A DNA stretch of 36,671 nucleotides from positions 1 through 36,671 of the IMG/VR virus record IMGVR_UViG_3300045988_038078; one strand, given 5' to 3'. Shown in pieces: positions 32,143 to 36,671 of the stretch. Numbering within the stretch: the stretch's first letter is position 1; each line of letters begins with the position of its first letter. The DNA comes from a virus. The notes under the pieces were generated by a model that was given only the letters and a program-made list of their open reading frames with translations, had not been told where the DNA came from and searched no databases. The translations under genes were made by a program, and so were the position numbers.

Positions 32143-33131
32143 CAATATACAAATTTTAAAGTTGCTGTTCTCATTAGTCCCGATGCGGATATCTTGATTC
32201 CGGATGTCGTACTTCCCGATACCCTTAACGCCGTGTCATTGGGAAGAATCCCTTTAACCTGTATGTCCGGGCTGACAGCTAGCCTCGAAAGGGCTGCGAA
32301 ATTGTCGTTGTTCACGGGCATTATACATGTTATCTCGTTCTTGGTTACCGTACCGCCTAGAGAATCCCTGCGGATCGTGGGGGTCACCGTCCAGTTATGA
32401 CACGATATATAATCCATAGACCCTGTGGTGTTCAGCCATCGGAAGGTAATCGCACAATCGGACGGAACAAGCGGTGCGTAATACTTATCAATTAGTACGC
32501 TCGTGCCGTCGGATGCTCGTAGATGGTCATAACTCCCGTGTATTTCTTCCTCGGATACAATACCCTGTCTTCCGTAATAGTTAAATTCCCCGCTAAGTCC
32601 TTCCAAAGTATATTCTAGTTCTTGGTTAACGCCTATCGGAGAAATCCAAACTTGGTCACTGAAAGCATGTGCTACCGGAACCTTCGTTCCTTCACCGTTA
32701 AGGAAGTCCGTGCCGTTCATTGCTTTTGCACGGAGCAGATTCGGAGCGTCAATGTTCATAACAGGGATGCGGAAGTAATATTGCTTCAATGCCCCGTTTG
32801 GATTCACCGTGAACGAAAGGGTAACGGTTCTTGCCGCCTGCGTTCCGGTGCCCTTTTCTAGGTCCTTCTGAAAAGTGGCGAGATACGAGGCAATAACGCT
32901 AAGGTCTATGATGCTGTTATCGAAGATAGGCAAAGTAAGAGTTGCGCCCGGTAGGTTATCCACTTCTGCGCCCGCCACTTCTACCCATGAGTTTAGCGGT
33001 TCATCGCCCAATACGTTTATACGGACAAGGCAAGGCTTATTGTAGTGTAGTATCTGAAATCCCGGCGTGACTACATAAGTCCCGGCAATTCCTGTGATGG
33101 TCTGATTCGTTTCAAGTAGTTGTATTTTCAT
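32142..33131 (-). CDS. Tail/baseplate protein (329 aa)
   Basis: ATGA-coupled within the tail block. No recognisable motif. Confidence 0.45.
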   Translation of the reverse strand: MKIQLLETNQTITGIAGTYVVTPGFQILHYNKPCLVRINVLGDEPLNSWVEVAGAEVDNLPGATLTLPIFDNSIIDLSVIASYLATFQKDLEKGTGTQAARTVTLSFTVNPNGALKQYYFRIPVMNIDAPNLLRAKAMNGTDFLNGEGTKVPVAHAFSDQVWISPIGVNQELEYTLEGLSGEFNYYGRQGIVSEEEIHGSYDHLRASDGTSVLIDKYYAPLVPSDCAITFRWLNTTGSMDYISCHNWTVTPTIRRDSLGGTVTKNEITCIMPVNNDNFAALSRLAVSPDIQVKGILPNDTALRVSGSTTSGIKISASGLMRTATLKFVY

Positions 33132-33562
33132 TTCAATAAAATGTTAGAAATTTTAGCGTTGATGACTTTGTAGAAGTCCGTGGTTAACCGCTTTATCCTT
33201 TGTTCGTTGAGAACATCGGAAACGACTGTCCCGGAGTTATGTTCGTTCGGAACTTTTATCCCGTCCCGCTTGATAACGTAGGCGATAGCGAACGCCGCCT
33301 CTTCCGGGATGTTCGTTCCGGCTGTCCTGTTCTTGTCCTGTATCCACTTCTTAATGGCAGAAACAGGTGGGAAAGCCCCCGCCTTCCTACCCAATTCCAT
33401 CTGATACACATGCGCCGGAGCGGTGATCGTTACCTGGTTGCCCAAATCGTTGACCTTTAGTTCCCGTCCGAACTCACCGGATGCGACTAAACCCTTCGAG
33501 ATATAGCTCTCAAAGATTTCCTTCTTAATCTGCTCAACGGCGGCTAGTATATCCTTATCCAT
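33128..33562 (-). CDS. Hypothetical virion protein (144 aa)
   Basis: Translationally coupled ORF in the tail block. Confidence 0.45.
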   Translation of the reverse strand: MDKDILAAVEQIKKEIFESYISKGLVASGEFGRELKVNDLGNQVTITAPAHVYQMELGRKAGAFPPVSAIKKWIQDKNRTAGTNIPEEAAFAIAYVIKRDGIKVPNEHNSGTVVSDVLNEQRIKRLTTDFYKVINAKISNILLK

Positions 33563-33965
33563 AGTTCAATAAATCATCAGTTACAGAGAACGTTACTTGC
33601 CACCCCGACTTCTTTGAATCGTATATGTTCTGAACCTTTCGGAAGATTAGACCGTCTACATCGAAATGACACACAAAAGTAGACATTAATTTGTTCAGTG
33701 CCAAGTCGGTGCGCACCAATGTATCAAGTTCCGCTAGGTTATTCTCCATGTAGAAAGATTCATCGAGACATTGCAGCACTACGTTGTACTTCCGGGTAGC
33801 GGGCGGCAACTTCGCCATCCCGCCGTCGGGAACGTCAAACGTCAGAAACATTCCGGAGATGCCGTTCACCAAAACATTGATGGTGGAGTTATCTCCGAAA
33901 TAGATAGGCAAGCCGAGTTTAATGGCTTGCTCATCCATAAAGGTTAATATATCACTGAATCTCAT
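33555..33965 (-). CDS. Hypothetical virion protein (136 aa)
   Basis: ATGA overlap with the fibre gene stop. Confidence 0.45.
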   Translation of the reverse strand: MRFSDILTFMDEQAIKLGLPIYFGDNSTINVLVNGISGMFLTFDVPDGGMAKLPPATRKYNVVLQCLDESFYMENNLAELDTLVRTDLALNKLMSTFVCHFDVDGLIFRKVQNIYDSKKSGWQVTFSVTDDLLNYG

Positions 33966-36671
33966 GGTAACTTAATTATTGTGTCACTGTGACCGTTACT
34001 ACACAGGCATTCACCGGAATTAAAGTCGTACCCCATTACGGCGTCGCCCTGCAAAACAATCTCTCCCCGCTGGTTTAAGTTCCGGGATAACACGGCATTG
34101 TCGTACATCCGGATTCTCATTCCGTTAACTGTCAGCGTATTCGATCCATAGGGAGCTATGATCCGGGGTGATGGCGTGAATTCAACCACTAATCTTGTGG
34201 CGGTTACGTCTGCGGGGGTGATAGCGGCTGTCTGTGAACCTGCTATGTTTCCCACAAGGGTAAATAAAGCATCATTCATGTTTTTCGAAGCAGACCCGTA
34301 TAATAATTTAGTATCGGCGTCATAGTAGGTAGGCCGGAATGAATACACAGATGAAAAAGTCACCCCATATCCTGCACCGAGACCAAAAGGTCGTTTCAGT
34401 CTAATATGATAAGGGGACACTATTTTCAACTCTTCATATGGCTTCCCTGCATTCTCTTCTGCAACGGAAAGCCCACCTTGTTCCCACATATCCGGACCTA
34501 ACAAGATGTCTTCCGGGCTAGTACGGTCCAGCTCATTGGTTATGTATCTACGTTTCTTGAATGCACGAACGTACTTAACGTTTGCGACTGGGATGTCGGA
34601 ATCTATAATTAGCCCGTCACCGCTTACGTCTAAGACGATACCCACGAAATGGGCACCTGCGGGGACAACGAAAGATGTTACCCATCCGGTCCCCCCGGAT
34701 GCCGTTCTGTTTCCAAACTCATCGAAGTACCAAGCAACCATTTTCCCGCCTTTCATACGGCTAACCGTTCCGCCCGGTTCAACGGGTATCAAGTCTTTTG
34801 AACGATACCTATTATGTGCGTTGCTTGAAGAGAATCCGTCTCGCCATTTACCGCCCTGTGTCGGTTGACAGCTCCCACGTTCCCACATGTTCACATCCAA
34901 CAGTCTATTAACATAGGGATCGCCATGTAACTGAACATCTCCCCTAACCGTGCATCCTGCGCCCACGTAGGCGGACCCGGTTATTTCCGGTGCTTTCGTG
35001 CGATCAACCGTTTGCAGAGTCCTGTTAAGCGCAACGAAATCCGCTACGTTTATTGCGGAATCATCATCCTTTCTGAATAACATAACCACATAAGGGTAGG
35101 TAGTGGCTAGCTCGGCCGGGCTTGCGGCTGTTGAACGGATTACGAAATCCTCATCCAAGTAATACAGGGCTTTCACCGAATACCCGGCGGGCAAAGACGG
35201 GAATATTAAGCCAAGGGTAGCTAGTGGTTTCCCGGTTCGGATTCTAATATCGCTTGCCGATTTAGCTGATTCATAATGAATCCGAGGACCACCTCCGTAT
35301 GCTCCTTGTTCCATAATAGAACCATCCAACGGGAGATACCCACCCGCTTGAAACAGTCTAGCCGTATCAGCCAAGTTACCTTTGTGACTAACGAATCCCG
35401 CAGGAGCAGGACCTCCGCTCAGGCAGTATAAGCCCTGCTTATGGCCTGAAATGAATCTAGTGTATCCCGCTATTGTGACTCCCAAGTCTTCGTTAGCATA
35501 CGAGAAATCTATGTCTTCGTAGGTATTCCCGTTTATAACGTCATTTTGGAATTCAGCTTTAGGGACAATACAGTTACGAAGAGTTAGGTCGCCTATAGCA
35601 GCCAAACTATCGTTGTAAGTAGTATCGTCTACCCGTAACAGCGGGCAATCATAAGCGGAGATGTAAGTATCCCTGGTTGCTGCGGTACGGTGCGAATCAT
35701 CTAGATACTTAGTATATTCCAATCGTTCCACATTCCGGAATGTACCATACGGTTTATAATCCGGCCTATCTGTCTTTGTGTACATGGTAGTATCGTACAT
35801 ACTACCCGCTACGAATCGCAACTGCGTAGTAGCCAATCCGAAGTTATCCGTAGTCATGACAAATGATGAGTTATTAATCACGTATTCGCCCGATACGGAT
35901 TCCGGACGAAAATCCTGTAACAGACTACCACTAATGTGTCCTAGTATCTTAGCTCCGGTAGCCAACAGATTAGCGGGGGTCATTGCAGTTCCGTCAGCCT
36001 TCACTATGGATACCATAGCTAATCTGTAAACTGAATGGTTTAACTCTATCAGTCCTGCTTGGCTTGCCGTAGATTCTCCCGAATATGCTAGTTGATTAGA
36101 ATTGTCGTAGTATGCCCAAAATACCCTAGCTCTATAGCCTTTTGGGATATATAAATACGTGTTCCGTCCTGGCCGTAAGGTAGTGGTGTTTCTACATGCG
36201 CTAGTGTCATCTAATCTCATAGATGCTGAAGTAAACAAGGTCCCTTTTGCCGCTTCTGCTTTGAAGCCCCCCTGCTCAAATGGGAACGCTGCTGCAGTGG
36301 TAGAGGGTCCGCAAAGAACATCCATAGACACCCCGATGAACGAATCCTTGATAAGTACGTTGTTCTTGGTATCTGATGCAAACGACCTCACCGATATGTT
36401 ACCCGGAATAAGCGTATTCCCGCTAAACTCCGTTACACCATCCGTGTGAACTGGATTAACGCCTGGGGTGAACGTCCCTACATAGGCATTGTCCTTGATT
36501 ACGATATCCGGTCTACCCGAGATGTCCCCACCTGCTAGCCAACACTCGCCATCCTGCGATAACTGCACCCTGCTAGCGATTTTACCGCCTACTGTCCCTT
36601 TCGGGATAAAGCCACCGAGAGAGTATATGTCTCTCTCGGCTACTATGTTACCCGTTCCGTTAATACTATAT
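33962..36671 (-). CDS. Tail fibre / receptor-binding protein B. 904 aa when joined to 60..56 across the circular junction.
   Basis: The frame is open to the window end. Four internal ~100-110-aa modules each start (F/M/W)E(Q/R)G: aa 97-205, 419-516, 561-667, 694-797 of the 868-aa track protein. Two of them end A(I/M)TPA(D/N). The LSQDGECW motif is shared with fibre A. Confidence 0.65.
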   Translation of the reverse strand, partial: YSINGTGNIVAERDIYSLGGFIPKGTVGGKIASRVQLSQDGECWLAGGDISGRPDIVIKDNAYVGTFTPGVNPVHTDGVTEFSGNTLIPGNISVRSFASDTKNNVLIKDSFIGVSMDVLCGPSTTAAAFPFEQGGFKAEAAKGTLFTSASMRLDDTSACRNTTTLRPGRNTYLYIPKGYRARVFWAYYDNSNQLAYSGESTASQAGLIELNHSVYRLAMVSIVKADGTAMTPANLLATGAKILGHISGSLLQDFRPESVSGEYVINNSSFVMTTDNFGLATTQLRFVAGSMYDTTMYTKTDRPDYKPYGTFRNVERLEYTKYLDDSHRTAATRDTYISAYDCPLLRVDDTTYNDSLAAIGDLTLRNCIVPKAEFQNDVINGNTYEDIDFSYANEDLGVTIAGYTRFISGHKQGLYCLSGGPAPAGFVSHKGNLADTARLFQAGGYLPLDGSIMEQGAYGGGPRIHYESAKSASDIRIRTGKPLATLGLIFPSLPAGYSVKALYYLDEDFVIRSTAASPAELATTYPYVVMLFRKDDDSAINVADFVALNRTLQTVDRTKAPEITGSAYVGAGCTVRGDVQLHGDPYVNRLLDVNMWERGSCQPTQGGKWRDGFSSSNAHNRYRSKDLIPVEPGGTVSRMKGGKMVAWYFDEFGNRTASGGTGWVTSFVVPAGAHFVGIVLDVSGDGLIIDSDIPVANVKYVRAFKKRRYITNELDRTSPEDILLGPDMWEQGGLSVAEENAGKPYEELKIVSPYHIRLKRPFGLGAGYGVTFSSVYSFRPTYYDADTKLLYGSASKNMNDALFTLVGNIAGSQTAAITPADVTATRLVVEFTPSPRIIAPYGSNTLTVNGMRIRMYDNAVLSRNLNQRGEIVLQGDAVMGYDFNSGECLCSNGHSDTIIKLP
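36617..36671. repeat. Second copy of the 55-bp terminal overlap (identical to 1-55)
   Basis: Exact identity read directly from both ends. Confidence 0.95.

Noticed and set aside
11-36449. All plus-strand ORFs in the six-frame track (for example 11..322, 406..810, 2870..3598, 7483..7869, 12436..12846, 16628..16945, 28770..29219, 34506..34868)
   Set aside because: Each lies antisense to a longer, motif-bearing or tightly coupled minus-strand ORF. Their products are low-complexity or Ser/Arg/Cys/Leu-rich, and none has a promoter-like element or a recognisable motif. They are typical shadow ORFs.
64-36671. Diversity-generating retroelement acting on the two fibre genes
   Set aside because: There is no reverse transcriptase ORF and no template/variable repeat pair. 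The similarity between the fibres is at the protein-module level only.
1-36671. Genome-wide stop-codon reassignment (TAG or TGA recoding)
   Set aside because: Long replication and structural ORFs are uninterrupted under the standard code. TAA, TAG and TGA are all used as terminators at tightly coupled gene junctions. Only one short frame (11977-12180) has an in-frame TAG.

Overview
This window is a complete, circularly closed genome of a tailed dsDNA phage. Bases 1-55 are repeated exactly at 36617-36671, so the unique length is 36,616 bp. Every credible gene is on the minus strand; the plus-strand ORFs in the track are antisense shadows. Several intergenic regions carry matches to the Bacteroidota promoter consensus (-33 TTTG, about 20 nt spacer, -7 TAnnTTTG) and most starts lack Shine-Dalgarno sequences, so I infer a Bacteroidota host.

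Modules in transcription order (descending coordinates):
- Early operon (20104 to 17669): small unknown protein, 61-aa HTH protein, very acidic repeat protein, DUF2800-like PD-(D/E)xK nuclease.
- SSB (DUF2815-like), followed by a terminator.
- Family A DNA polymerase and a P-loop primase/helicase, followed by a terminator.
- Promoter cassette, small genes, VRR-NUC nuclease, SNF2 helicase.
- Second copy of the promoter cassette and about 10 small genes (Cys-rich, membrane, secreted), followed by a terminator.
- A 0.96-kb coding desert.
- TerS, TerL, two paralogous tail-fibre genes (the larger one spans the contig junction), tail/baseplate genes, tape-measure-like protein, prohead protease/scaffold, major capsid protein, three tandem 175-aa paralogs, portal, holin, amidase, spanin-like protein.
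- A 0.59-kb coding desert.

I saw no integrase, repressor, tRNA, CRISPR array or reverse transcriptase.

The most unusual feature is that the two coding deserts are collinear, diverged copies of one ~450-bp noncoding module. Each is packed with (T)GGATAG/CTATCC boxes arranged around an AT-rich core. This is a candidate origin, pac site or master regulatory array that I cannot assign to any described system.

All protein calls rest on motifs read by eye plus gene context. No database search was possible.
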